Shown: piece by piece, positions 18,455 through 27,366 of the stretch | Layout of the letters: each line of letters opens with the position of its first letter | Position numbering within the stretch: the stretch's first letter is position 1 | Source of the DNA: Phycisphaerales bacterium | GTDB lineage: Bacteria; Planctomycetota; Phycisphaerae; Phycisphaerales; UBA1924 | Reading direction: 5' to 3' | Assembly (NCBI GenBank): GCA_020831775.1 | Contig: JAFIFZ010000031.1 | Location: 449-64,448 of the forward strand | Length of the DNA: 64,000 nucleotides | Translations under genes and position numbers: made by a program | The notes under the pieces: generated by a model | The model's input: the letters and a program-made list of their open reading frames with translations, nothing else | What the model was told of the DNA's origin: nothing | The model's database searches: none

Positions 18455-19465
18455 ATGGATCCGCCACCCTTTACTCCGTTCGACGCTGAAGGCGGTCTTG
18501 TGCTCGCCACCCGCATGCCCGGCGAGCCGGGCGATTTCGAAGGGCGTCGGCGCGGCTGGGACGATCTCGCCTTCCCCGACAGCCCGCCGCCGCTCTGGGT
18601 GCATCTGGATCGGACCAAGGAGCACGCCCAGCGATGGCTCCGGGAGCGGTCGGGGCTGGACACGATCGTCGTCGAATCGCTGCTGGCGGAGGAGACGCGT
18701 CCGCGCGCCCAGGAGTACGGCGATGGCGTGCTCGTGATACTGCGCGGCATCAACGCCAACCCCGGCGCTGAGCCGGACGAGCTCATCGCCATCCGCATGT
18801 GGTTGGAGCCCACGCGGATCATCACGCTGCGCCAGTTCCGCTTCCAAACGATCGCGGCGATCCGCGCCCGGGCGCAGACGGGCACAGCGCCGGGTTCCGC
18901 CGGCGCGTTTCTTGCATCTGTCGCGAACAGTCTCGTGTCGGACATGAACCCGACGGTGGCGAACCTCGAAGAACGCCTGGACACCATCGAAGAGCAGATG
19001 CTCGAACGCGAGACCGATGATGACCGCTGGCGGTCGCAGCTGGCGACGATCCGGCGGCAGGCGATCTCGTACCGGCGGTACATCGTGCCGCAGCGGGACG
19101 CCCTGTCTCGTCTTGTCCACAACGCACACCCGGTCCTGTCCGCCCGCGATCAGGCGGAGCTGCGCGTGGCGATGGAGCAATGCAACCGTGTCGCAGAAGC
19201 GCTCGAGGAGCTGCGCGACCGCGCCGCGGTGACCCAGGAAGAGATGCGCGCCCGGCACGAGTCGCGGGTGGGCAAGACGGTGTACATGCTGACGATCATC
19301 GCGACCGTCGCGCTGCCGCTGGGCATCTTCACCGGGCTGCTGGGGATCAATGTCGGCGGCATGCCGATGGAGGATTCCGGCTGGGGTTTCGTAGTGGCGT
19401 GCCTGATCATGGTGGCGGTCGCCGCCGGGTTGGTCCTGCTTTTCAAGCGGATGAAGTGGCTCTAG
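18455..19465 (+). CDS. zntB: CorA-superfamily zinc transporter ZntB
   Basis: Cytoplasmic funnel domain plus two C-terminal TM helices, with the ZntB-type signature LTIIATVALPLGIFTGLLGINVGGMP. Confidence 0.85.
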   Translation: MDPPPFTPFDAEGGLVLATRMPGEPGDFEGRRRGWDDLAFPDSPPPLWVHLDRTKEHAQRWLRERSGLDTIVVESLLAEETRPRAQEYGDGVLVILRGINANPGAEPDELIAIRMWLEPTRIITLRQFRFQTIAAIRARAQTGTAPGSAGAFLASVANSLVSDMNPTVANLEERLDTIEEQMLERETDDDRWRSQLATIRRQAISYRRYIVPQRDALSRLVHNAHPVLSARDQAELRVAMEQCNRVAEALEELRDRAAVTQEEMRARHESRVGKTVYMLTIIATVALPLGIFTGLLGINVGGMPMEDSGWGFVVACLIMVAVAAGLVLLFKRMKWL

Positions 19466-19683
19466 CGCCGAGGCAGTTGAGGCGCCGACGCCCTGCTGAG
19501 CAAGTTGCTGATCGTTGCTGGGGTGGCTGTTCTGATCGTTGGCGTCGGCCACTGGCCCTGACCCTCATTCCACGACGCCTGCGGACGGGGTTGCGGGATC
19601 GAGCCAAGCATGATAGGTTGACGGCATTGTCGGCCAGCCTGTGGGAAGCTGGTGCGACGGACTCAATCTGCGGGAGCGGCTCA

Positions 19684-20514
19684 ATGGCACTGTGCAATGA
19701 CTTCAGGGCTGTATCAAACAGAATATGGGAAATCCGAAAGACTTGTGCTTCCACCGAATTTGATCCGAGCGAGACGACTTTCACAGAGCTGTTTTTGTGG
19801 ACGATCCGAGAGTGGAATTCCACTTCGGTTCAGATCCTGCCCTTTAGTCCCCGCCGAGAATCTGCGAATGGCGCGGATTGGGAATGGTGGTTCTTTGATT
19901 CAACCGAGTGCTTTGGAATGAGGGTACAGGCAAAGCGATTCACCGCGAATCGCCACTACAAATCAATTGGCTATCGGAAGATGTCGCAAATTCAGCAATT
20001 GATCAAATCTGCAGCTTCACCTCGCCGAGAACAACTATATCCGATTTACTGCTTCTACAACTGGTTTGAATGCGATCACGGGTGCGGGCTATTCGATCGC
20101 TATTGCCCGGGAGATCTTGGGTGCACGACAGCTTCCGCCGAATCTATCCTACGCTTGTCGGAGGAAGATTCGAATTGGTGGCGCCTGGATAGAATTGGCT
20201 TGATTAGCAAGCCTTTGCACTTACTCGTGTGTGGCAAGGAATCGCAAGGCAAGACTCTTCCACACTTTGTGCGAGACAGTCTCGAACGCAACGGCATTGA
20301 CGATGGCGACTCACCCGTTGCAGACATCTACGGCTCAGATATCCCTGATATTTATAGTATCAGCGAAGCGCCTGTATACGCACAAAGGGCCATGTATGAC
20401 CAACTCGATGAATCACAGACCAAACCTGATCAAGTACAATATCGCAAGTTGCACCCTGACTATGGAACGAGGCAATGCCCCGCAGGAATTGTCTTGTTCA
20501 TGCATCAATCATAA
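19684..20514 (+). CDS. Orphan hypothetical protein in a low-GC islet, with a putative PD-(D/E)xK-like nuclease motif (E-x4-D ... QAK)
   Basis: A 276 aa ORF from ATG 19684 (MALCNDF). Local G+C is about 42-48% by hand count of three 60-nt lines, against 67% in the flank. The segment RRESANGADWEWWFFDSTECFGMRVQAKRF fits the E/D/(Q/E)xK arrangement of restriction-endonuclease-fold proteins. The track ORF's 5' part (19180..19683) is high-GC, overlaps zntB, and was discarded. Confidence 0.6.
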   Translation: MALCNDFRAVSNRIWEIRKTCASTEFDPSETTFTELFLWTIREWNSTSVQILPFSPRRESANGADWEWWFFDSTECFGMRVQAKRFTANRHYKSIGYRKMSQIQQLIKSAASPRREQLYPIYCFYNWFECDHGCGLFDRYCPGDLGCTTASAESILRLSEEDSNWWRLDRIGLISKPLHLLVCGKESQGKTLPHFVRDSLERNGIDDGDSPVADIYGSDIPDIYSISEAPVYAQRAMYDQLDESQTKPDQVQYRKLHPDYGTRQCPAGIVLFMHQS

Positions 20515-20541
20515 CTGAATTCACGGCACGCTGTCTCGCAT

Positions 20542-21297
20542 TTACGCTGCGCCGGAGGCGGGGTCTCTAGGCGTGCGTCGCTTCTCGTGGCGGATGATCT
20601 CGCCTGTGACGAGGTAGACGACATCTTCGGCGATGCCGGCCATCAGGTCGCCGACGCGTTCGAGTTCGCGCCCGATGCGGTAGACCAGCATGCCGAAGGG
20701 GACCTGGTCCGGGTCGGCCTGCATGAGCTGGGTCGCCTCTTGGAAGAGCTGCTTGTCCAGAGCGTCGATGGTCTTGTCGCCGGCGACAATCGCCCGTGCG
20801 GCGGCGACATCCTCGTCGAGCACGGCGCGGAGCAGGCCGTGGCACATCAGCGGGACGCGCTGGCCGAGCTCCTGCAGGGCGGTGGGCCATGTGGGGCACT
20901 GGCCGGGCGGCGTGTCCTCGGCGATCTTGACGGTGAGCTTGGCGATCGAGGAGGCGTGGTCGGCGACGCGCTCGACATCGGTGTTGACGCGGAGGATAAA
21001 TGCGAGCACGCGGAAGTCGCGGGCGACGGGCTGCTCGAGGGTCATCAGGCGGTAGCACTGCTCCTCGATGGCGACCTCTTCGTCGTCGATGCGGTCGTCA
21101 CGCCGTCGGATGGAGCGGGCCTCATCGGAGTCCAGACGCCAGAGGGCGTCCAAGGACCGTTCGAGCATGTCGGTGGCCATGGTCGCCTCGCGAATGAGAC
21201 GACGCTTCAGGGCGCTGAGCTTGGCGTCGAAACCGCCGCGGTTGTTGCCTGCGGCGTTGCGAGCGGGCTTGGGGCTGTTGGGGTCGATGTACTGCAT
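20542..21297 (-). CDS. phoU: Phosphate signalling complex protein PhoU
   Basis: Two PhoU repeats: ...ATMATDMLERSLDALWRLDSDEARSIRRRDDRIDDEEVAIEEQC... and ...AARAIVAGDKTIDALDKQLFQE..., with the conserved ERVADHASSIA and ERVGDLMAGIAEDVVY motifs. Confidence 0.9.
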   Translation of the reverse strand: MQYIDPNSPKPARNAAGNNRGGFDAKLSALKRRLIREATMATDMLERSLDALWRLDSDEARSIRRRDDRIDDEEVAIEEQCYRLMTLEQPVARDFRVLAFILRVNTDVERVADHASSIAKLTVKIAEDTPPGQCPTWPTALQELGQRVPLMCHGLLRAVLDEDVAAARAIVAGDKTIDALDKQLFQEATQLMQADPDQVPFGMLVYRIGRELERVGDLMAGIAEDVVYLVTGEIIRHEKRRTPRDPASGAA

Positions 21298-21504
21298 CTC
21301 CGCCGTGTCTTTCCGGGCGATCTGGGGCTCCGCCCCGCCCGATCCGGGACCGACTGTTCGGTTTGATCCCGGGTCTATCGGCCCGATGCCGCCCGTTTCT
21401 GGAGGGAACGGTCCGAGGCCATCCGGTATTCATACGCAGACGGAAGGGTGTCGGCACGCGGTTTTCTGAATCTTCACGGCTCGATGCGGATTTCGGTCGG
21501 GTAT

Positions 21505-24500
21505 TCAGACACCCTGTTCGGGTTGCCGCCCAGACACCGAGCCGAATCGAGTCCGCAGAATTCGGAGGAGGGTGTCTGGTTCGAGGTAGCTCTCGGGGGG
21601 TCTGAAGTAGATCTCGCTGAGCTTCTCGCCCGAAGCGGGGGGGAGGACGCGGACGCTGCCCTTGGCGTCGGCGAGTGCCGCGGCGACCGGGGCGGGGCTC
21701 TCGGCCCTGAGCACGATGTCGCGCTCCTTGAGGGTGACCGAGCGGACGCCCAGGGCGTTGGCGAGGACGCGGAGTTCGGCGAGTTCGAGGAGTCGGAGGA
21801 CGGCGGTCGGGGGCTGGCCGTAGGCCTGGCGGAGGTCTTCTGCGAGGCTTTCGAGCTCCGAAGCGTTCGCCGCGGTGGCGAGGCGTCGGTAGGCCTCCAT
21901 GCGTCTGGCGTCGCTGGGGATGTAGGGGCGCGGGATGGTGCCGCCGCGACCGAGCTCGATCGAGACGGTGTTGGCCTTGACGGGCTCGGGCTCGGCCTTG
22001 AGCTCTCTGACAGACTGTTCGAGGAGGCGGCAGTACATGTCGTAGCCGACGGCGGCGATGTGGCCGGACTGCTCCGGCCCGAGGAGGTTGCCGGCGCCGC
22101 GGATCTCCAGGTCGCGCATGGCGATCTTGAAGCCCGCGCCGAGCATGCTGAACTCCTCGATGGCCTTGAGGCGTCGCTTGGCGACATCGCTGAGGCCCGT
22201 GTGGGCGGGGAGGAGCAGGTAGCAGTAGGCGCGGTGCTTGTAGCGTCCGACGCGCCCTCGGAGCTGGTGGAGCTCTGCGAGGCCGAATCGCTGGGCGTCG
22301 TTGATGAACATGGTGTTGGCGGTGGGGATGTCGATGCCCGACTCGATGATGGTGGTCGAGACGAGGATGTCCGCCTCGCGCCGGATGAACTTGAGCATGA
22401 CCTCTTCGAGCTCGCGGGGGGGCATCTGGCCGTGGCCGACGACGATGCGCGCGCCGGGGGCGAGGGCGGCGACCTGGTCGGCGATGGTCCTGATGTTGTG
22501 CACGCGGTTGTGAACGAAGAAGACCTGGCCCTCGCGCGCGAGCTCGCGCCGGATGGCGTCGGCGATGCGTTTCTCGCTGAAGGGGGCGACCTCGGTGACG
22601 ACGGCTCTGCGGTCTGCCGGGGCGGTGGTGAGGCTGGAGATGTCGCGGATGCCGAGCATCGCCATGTGTAGCGTGCGCGGGATGGGCGTCGCCGAGAGCG
22701 TGAGCACATCGACCGTCATGCGCAGGCGGAGGAGCGACTCCTTGTGCTCGACGCCGAAGCGCTGCTCCTCGTCGATGACGACCAGGCCGAGGTCGGCGAA
22801 GTGGACATCCTGCGAGAGCAGGCGGTGGGTGCCGATGATGACATCGACGCGTCCGGCGCGGAGCTCGGCGAGGATCTTCTTCACCTCGCCGTCGGTCTTG
22901 AAGCGGCTGATGGCGGCGATCTTGAAGGGAAAGCCCGCAAAACGCTGGATGAAGGTGCGTTCGTGCTGCTCGGAGAGCACGGTGGTCGGCACGAGGATCG
23001 CGGCCTGCTTGCCCGCCTCGATGCACTTGAAGACGGCGCGGATGGCGATCTCGGTTTTGCCGAACCCGACATCGCCGCAGAGCAGGCGGTCCATCGGGCG
23101 GGGCGAGGTCATGTCGCGTTTGATGGCCTCGACGGCGGTGAGCTGGTCTTCGGTCTCGTCGTAGGGGAACTCGTCTTCGAACTCCTTCATCCACGGCGAA
23201 TCGGCAGGGAAGGCGTGGCCGGGGATCGCCTGGCGCGCGGCGCGGACGCGGAGGAGCTCTGCGGCGAGCTCTCGCACGCTTTCTGCGACGCGGGCCTTCT
23301 GCGACTTCCAGCGCGTGCCGCCGAGCGTGGAGAACTGCGGCCGGCCCTTGAAGCCGCCGATGTAGCGCTGGACGAGATCGATCTGTGTCGCGGGGACATG
23401 GAGGCGGCTGCGCCCTGCGAATTCGAGTGTGAGGTATTCCTCGGGCTCGGGCTGGCGCGTGCCGTGCCGGCCCTTGACGGACTTGGGCTTGATGAGTTCG
23501 AGGCCGACGAAGCGGGCGATGCCGTGGTCGGCGTGGACGACGATGTCGCCCGGCTGAAACTCCATGAAGGCGTCGGTGGCGCGTCCGGCGCGGATGCCCG
23601 CGGGCCGGCGGCGTGCGGTGAAGCGACCGAGCAATTCGTTGTAGGGGACGAGGGCCCAGGCGCCGTCGCGCCAGACGAAGCCGCGGTGGAGGTAGGTGGT
23701 GACAGGCTCGACGCGGCCGGTCTTCCCGGGCTCGGCGGCTTGCACGAGTTCGAGCAGTCGTGAGCGTTCGCCCTCGTTCTGGCAGGCGACGGTGACGCGA
23801 CCGCCGGGGGCGAGGCCGAGCATCTGGCGCACGGCTTCGGAGGTTTCCTTCTCGAACAGGGGCAGGGGCGAGGCGGGGAGCTCGACCGAAGCGTCGGCGC
23901 CCGAGGCGCTGCGCGAGTACTGGTTGAGCTCGGCGATCGCCGCGGCCCGCTTGTTGAGGTCCGCGAGCATGGCGCGTGGTTCGAGGATGCCCTTGGAGGC
24001 GTCGTAGACCCGCTCGTAGTAGCCCTTGGCCTGCTCGGAGATCTCGGCGATCTCGTGGAGGAGGACGATGGTGTCGCGGGGGAAGGCGGCGAGGACCGGT
24101 GTGTGACTGTGTTTTGCGCGGCCTGCGCTTTTGTCTTTCGCGCGGCCTTCGCCGCTTGCGCTTCCCTTGTCGTTCGGTGCTATGAACGCCGCGGCTTCGA
24201 AGCGGGAGGGATCGGAGGCGGGGATCTGCGCCTCTTTGATCATCCGGTCGGAACCCATCGTGTCCAGGTCGATCTCGGCGATGCGTTCGATCTCGTCGCC
24301 GAAGTAATCGAGGCGGAAGGGGACGCCGCCGCCGGCGGGGAAGATGTCAACGATGCCGCCGCGGATCGCGACATCGCCCGGCTCTTCGATCGCGTCGGTG
24401 CGCGAATAGCCGGCCCGGTCGAGCCAGTCGAGCAGTGCGGCGGGCGGGAGCTCCTCGCCCTGGCGGACGGTTCTGAAGAGCGCATCGAGCGTGGCGCCGT

Positions 24501-24939
24501 CGGGGGCGGGCTGCATCAGGGCGTGGACGGGGGCGACGACGACGCGGCCGGCGCCTCCCCCACCGTTGCCCCCACTATGGCCCGAGGCCGGGTCGACGCG
24601 GCGCAGTTCGTGGAGCAGTCTCGCCCGCTGGGCGTGCAGCTCGACCCCGCCCCCCTCGCCCGCCACACCTTGGATGGCCGGGAGCGTGTCGGCGGGGACG
24701 CCGAGGCCTTCGAGCTCGTCCTGGGCGTCGTCGGCGTCGTCGTGGTGGGCGGTAACCAGGAGGACCGTGCGACCGAGCGACTGTGCGACGATCCCCGCGA
24801 GCATCGCAGGCAACGACCCCGCGGCGCCCGAAACCACCGTCCTCCGCCCAGCGCCCAGATGCGCGACCAGGTCGCGCACCTCCGGGTCTTGCCCGATGCG
24901 GTCAAGCAGGTGGGGGGTTTGTGTCGCGGCTTTGGTCAC
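21505..24939 (-). CDS. mfd: Transcription-repair coupling factor Mfd
   Basis: A 1144 aa protein with a CarD-like RNAP-interacting region (GDIVVHADHGIARFVG), superfamily-2 helicase motifs (LLCGDVGFGKTEIAIRA, DEEQRFGV, TLSATPIPRTL, QLRGRVGR) and a TRCF C-terminal domain. Confidence 0.95.
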   Translation of the reverse strand: MTKAATQTPHLLDRIGQDPEVRDLVAHLGAGRRTVVSGAAGSLPAMLAGIVAQSLGRTVLLVTAHHDDADDAQDELEGLGVPADTLPAIQGVAGEGGGVELHAQRARLLHELRRVDPASGHSGGNGGGGAGRVVVAPVHALMQPAPDGATLDALFRTVRQGEELPPAALLDWLDRAGYSRTDAIEEPGDVAIRGGIVDIFPAGGGVPFRLDYFGDEIERIAEIDLDTMGSDRMIKEAQIPASDPSRFEAAAFIAPNDKGSASGEGRAKDKSAGRAKHSHTPVLAAFPRDTIVLLHEIAEISEQAKGYYERVYDASKGILEPRAMLADLNKRAAAIAELNQYSRSASGADASVELPASPLPLFEKETSEAVRQMLGLAPGGRVTVACQNEGERSRLLELVQAAEPGKTGRVEPVTTYLHRGFVWRDGAWALVPYNELLGRFTARRRPAGIRAGRATDAFMEFQPGDIVVHADHGIARFVGLELIKPKSVKGRHGTRQPEPEEYLTLEFAGRSRLHVPATQIDLVQRYIGGFKGRPQFSTLGGTRWKSQKARVAESVRELAAELLRVRAARQAIPGHAFPADSPWMKEFEDEFPYDETEDQLTAVEAIKRDMTSPRPMDRLLCGDVGFGKTEIAIRAVFKCIEAGKQAAILVPTTVLSEQHERTFIQRFAGFPFKIAAISRFKTDGEVKKILAELRAGRVDVIIGTHRLLSQDVHFADLGLVVIDEEQRFGVEHKESLLRLRMTVDVLTLSATPIPRTLHMAMLGIRDISSLTTAPADRRAVVTEVAPFSEKRIADAIRRELAREGQVFFVHNRVHNIRTIADQVAALAPGARIVVGHGQMPPRELEEVMLKFIRREADILVSTTIIESGIDIPTANTMFINDAQRFGLAELHQLRGRVGRYKHRAYCYLLLPAHTGLSDVAKRRLKAIEEFSMLGAGFKIAMRDLEIRGAGNLLGPEQSGHIAAVGYDMYCRLLEQSVRELKAEPEPVKANTVSIELGRGGTIPRPYIPSDARRMEAYRRLATAANASELESLAEDLRQAYGQPPTAVLRLLELAELRVLANALGVRSVTLKERDIVLRAESPAPVAAALADAKGSVRVLPPASGEKLSEIYFRPPESYLEPDTLLRILRTRFGSVSGRQPEQGV

Positions 24940-25068
24940 GGCTGAGCGGTCTGGATCCGATCACGGCGCAAGGCTTTGCGGGCCCGGCGCGGACGATCGC
25001 GCGGGTGGGCCGTGGGGTCGAGGTTTCGCGGGCATTGTTGCGCCCGCATCTGGATCGGGCTGTTCGGA

Positions 25069-25431
25069 TCAATCCCCGGCGCGGATGTAGGGTCGGATGG
25101 CCTCGATGGTGCGGGCGCCGATGCCGGGCACCCGGTCGAGCCCGTCGATGCCGGGGAACGGGCCGTGGGCCTCGCGGTCGGTGACGATCGCCTCGGCGAG
25201 GGCGGGTCCGAGGCCGGGGACGAGCTGCAGGCGGGTGACGCCGTCGGTGTTGATGTCGATGCGGAGGTCGGCGGGCGGGGCGTTTGCCGCCTCGATGCGG
25301 TCGGGCCAGGCGTTGACGGACCAGAGCATCCCGCCGATGGCGAAAGCGCCGAGGACGCCGATCGCGGCCCACTTGGCGGGGCCCGCGGTCCAGTCGCGGT
25401 CGGTTCGGGATGGTCTTTGCTCGTCCCCCAC
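25069..25431 (-). CDS. comEA: ComEA-family helix-hairpin-helix DNA-binding protein (membrane anchored)
   Basis: An N-terminal TM (WAAIGVLGAFAIGGMLW), then INTDGVTRLQLVPGLGPALAEAIVTDREAHGPFPGIDGLDRVPGIGARTIEAI (tandem HhH). Confidence 0.8.
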   Translation of the reverse strand: MGDEQRPSRTDRDWTAGPAKWAAIGVLGAFAIGGMLWSVNAWPDRIEAANAPPADLRIDINTDGVTRLQLVPGLGPALAEAIVTDREAHGPFPGIDGLDRVPGIGARTIEAIRPYIRAGD

Positions 25432-25466
25432 TGTCGCGTCTCAGATGATTGGCTTAGGTGACTGGC

Positions 25467-27191
25467 TTAAGTCACATTGGCGTGTTCTTCGGTGGGCGCC
25501 TGTGTTCGCAGGGGCCACTTGGCGTCGCGGACGCCTCGGCGGAGCTCGCCGAGCTTGGCGAGGGCCGCCTTGGGCGTGCCGGAGGCGGAGATGAGGCCGC
25601 CGGCGGGCATCTCGGCGTTGAGCTGGGTGTCGTAGAGCTCCTGCCAGCAGACGCTGTGGACGAAGGGCTTGGCCATGGCGATGGCGAAGGCGTTGACGAG
25701 CCACTCGGCCTGGCGCTCTTCAGACCAGCGCTCGCGCCAGAAGCCGGGGTCCATGTCGTCGGGGGCCTTGGCGCGGTTCGATCGCGACATCTTGTCGGGC
25801 TGCTTGGCGCCGGGCTCGCTCGGGACGCCGGCGGCTGTCACAATCAGCGGCTTTTCGAGCTCGGCGAAGCGGTCCAGCAGCGAGCTGTACGACGCCAGGT
25901 CGCGCGAGGTCTGCCCGAGGCGCGTCTGGCCCATCTGGACGCGCAGGCCGAAGGCGTCGACGGGGATCTGGTACTGCGACACCATCTCGGCGTAGAGCTG
26001 GGGCGGGAGGCTCTTGCGGTTTGCGGCGTAGTACTCGCCCCAAGGCTGGGTGAGCTCCAGCACGATGCTCGCCTGCGGGTGCAGCTTGCGGACCATGCCG
26101 ACGCAGATCTTCGTCAGGTCCATCATCTGCTCAAAGCCCAGAGGGAAGCAGGCGTTGACATGCAGCCCCGAGGCGACGGTCCATCGACGAACAGTCCGCC
26201 GATAGCGCGTGACGACCTGCTTGACATGCTCGGCGACGAGCTCGCGCAAGGTTTCGTAGTCGTTCTCCCAGATCCACAGCCACTCGGGCACGGCGGTCGG
26301 GCGGAAGTCGATCACGGGCCCCGCGGCAACGGGGATTTTGGCGTTGCGCACGGCCCACTCGATCCACTTGTCGGTCTGGCCGAACGAGTACTTGCCTTCC
26401 TGCGGCTCCAGGTCCGACCAACGCATCGGCATCGACACGAAGTCGCAACTGGTGGCGACCAGGCGGGCGAGCTGGTCGCTGTAGATGCCCGGGCTGACCG
26501 AGCAGCCCAGGAGCGGACGCCCCGGGAGCGAGACGCCGGTGGCGCTGGGCAGCAGGATCGGGGCGCCCTCGGGCGGCTTCTCCTGCTGCACACGCTGGTA
26601 GTGCTCGACGGCGTCGGCGTAGAGCTTGCCCGTGACGCGGTCGGCCCAGAGGCGTTCGGCCTGTCGCAGGGCGAGGCGTTCGGTCGCGTCGATCGCGAGC
26701 ACCAGAGCGCGCCCGGCCAGTCGCGACGCCTCCTGCGAGCCCTCTTGGCGCTGGCTGACCAAGGCGCGGGTGAACATCTCTCGCGCGGCTTCGAAACGGG
26801 CGGCCGCGGGATCGGACTGGGGCAGGTCGAACAGGGCCCACTGCTCGAGCTTGTTGAGGTAGAGCATGATCCGGCGGCGGGCGAGCTCCAGCAGCAGGAG
26901 ATACGGCCGCTCGCGTGGGGGGAGCAGGCAGGTCTTGAGGGCCAGGACGCCGGTGGCGTGCTCGGGGCGGATCTCCGGCTCGCCGGTGCGGGGCTCGGTG
27001 TCGAGCGCGTCGAGGTCGAGCACGACGGAGAGGCCGGCGGACTCGGGCGTGGCGACGGCGCAGCGGATCGCCCCCTCCTCGATCGAGACGGCGCCGGGCA
27101 CCGGCACATCGTCGGGGCCGAAGGCGAAGCTCTGGGCGGAGAGGGAGCCTCGGACGGCTGCTGAAGCTGCTGCGAGTTCGAACGAGAGCAT
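25467..27191 (-). CDS. Cytoplasmic GH10-fold (TIM-barrel xylanase-like) protein with an unknown N-terminal domain; catalytic Glu residues apparently absent
   Basis: A 574 aa protein from ATG 27189..27191 (MLSFELAAA). The segment MRWSDLEPQEGKYSFGQTDKWIEWAVRNAKIPV...VPEWLW...HVKQVVTRYRRTVRRWTVASG...VDAFGLRVQM...PLIVTAAGV aligns by eye with GH10 blocks (W..EP..G.y.F, WDVVNE, GfQ.H, ITELD). There is no signal peptide. Confidence 0.65.
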   Translation of the reverse strand: MLSFELAAASAAVRGSLSAQSFAFGPDDVPVPGAVSIEEGAIRCAVATPESAGLSVVLDLDALDTEPRTGEPEIRPEHATGVLALKTCLLPPRERPYLLLLELARRRIMLYLNKLEQWALFDLPQSDPAAARFEAAREMFTRALVSQRQEGSQEASRLAGRALVLAIDATERLALRQAERLWADRVTGKLYADAVEHYQRVQQEKPPEGAPILLPSATGVSLPGRPLLGCSVSPGIYSDQLARLVATSCDFVSMPMRWSDLEPQEGKYSFGQTDKWIEWAVRNAKIPVAAGPVIDFRPTAVPEWLWIWENDYETLRELVAEHVKQVVTRYRRTVRRWTVASGLHVNACFPLGFEQMMDLTKICVGMVRKLHPQASIVLELTQPWGEYYAANRKSLPPQLYAEMVSQYQIPVDAFGLRVQMGQTRLGQTSRDLASYSSLLDRFAELEKPLIVTAAGVPSEPGAKQPDKMSRSNRAKAPDDMDPGFWRERWSEERQAEWLVNAFAIAMAKPFVHSVCWQELYDTQLNAEMPAGGLISASGTPKAALAKLGELRRGVRDAKWPLRTQAPTEEHANVT

Positions 27192-27366
27192 CGGGATCGC
27201 GGCCCTCCGGGGCTTCGGGCCGCGTTGGTCGGGCCCGGGGTTGACCAGAGGGTATTGTTTCGCCGCCGAGTTCGCTTGTCGCCCCGGAGCGATGGCGCGG
27301 AAATCTTGCCCTTGGCCGGTCGGGCGCTCCCTCCAGGCGGGGACCGGGGGGCGGTACGATCCGCCC

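Noticed and set aside
19180-19683. The upstream half of the 444 aa track ORF that contains the low-GC gene.
   Set aside because: This part is high-GC, overlaps the 3' end of zntB in another frame, and translates to Arg/Pro-rich sequence. The compositional break supports a start near 19684.
27192-27366. A possible purine/ZTP-type riboswitch in the purC leader.
   Set aside because: I could not find the conserved ZTP (pfl) or purine riboswitch core sequences by eye. Only generic GC-rich hairpins are present. An Rfam scan would be needed to be certain.
26866-27366. An N-terminal extension of purC, which would make it a 488 aa track ORF.
   Set aside because: The extension overlaps the divergent GH10-like gene and is Ser/Arg/Gly-rich. 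Canonical PurC sequence begins at ATG 27367.
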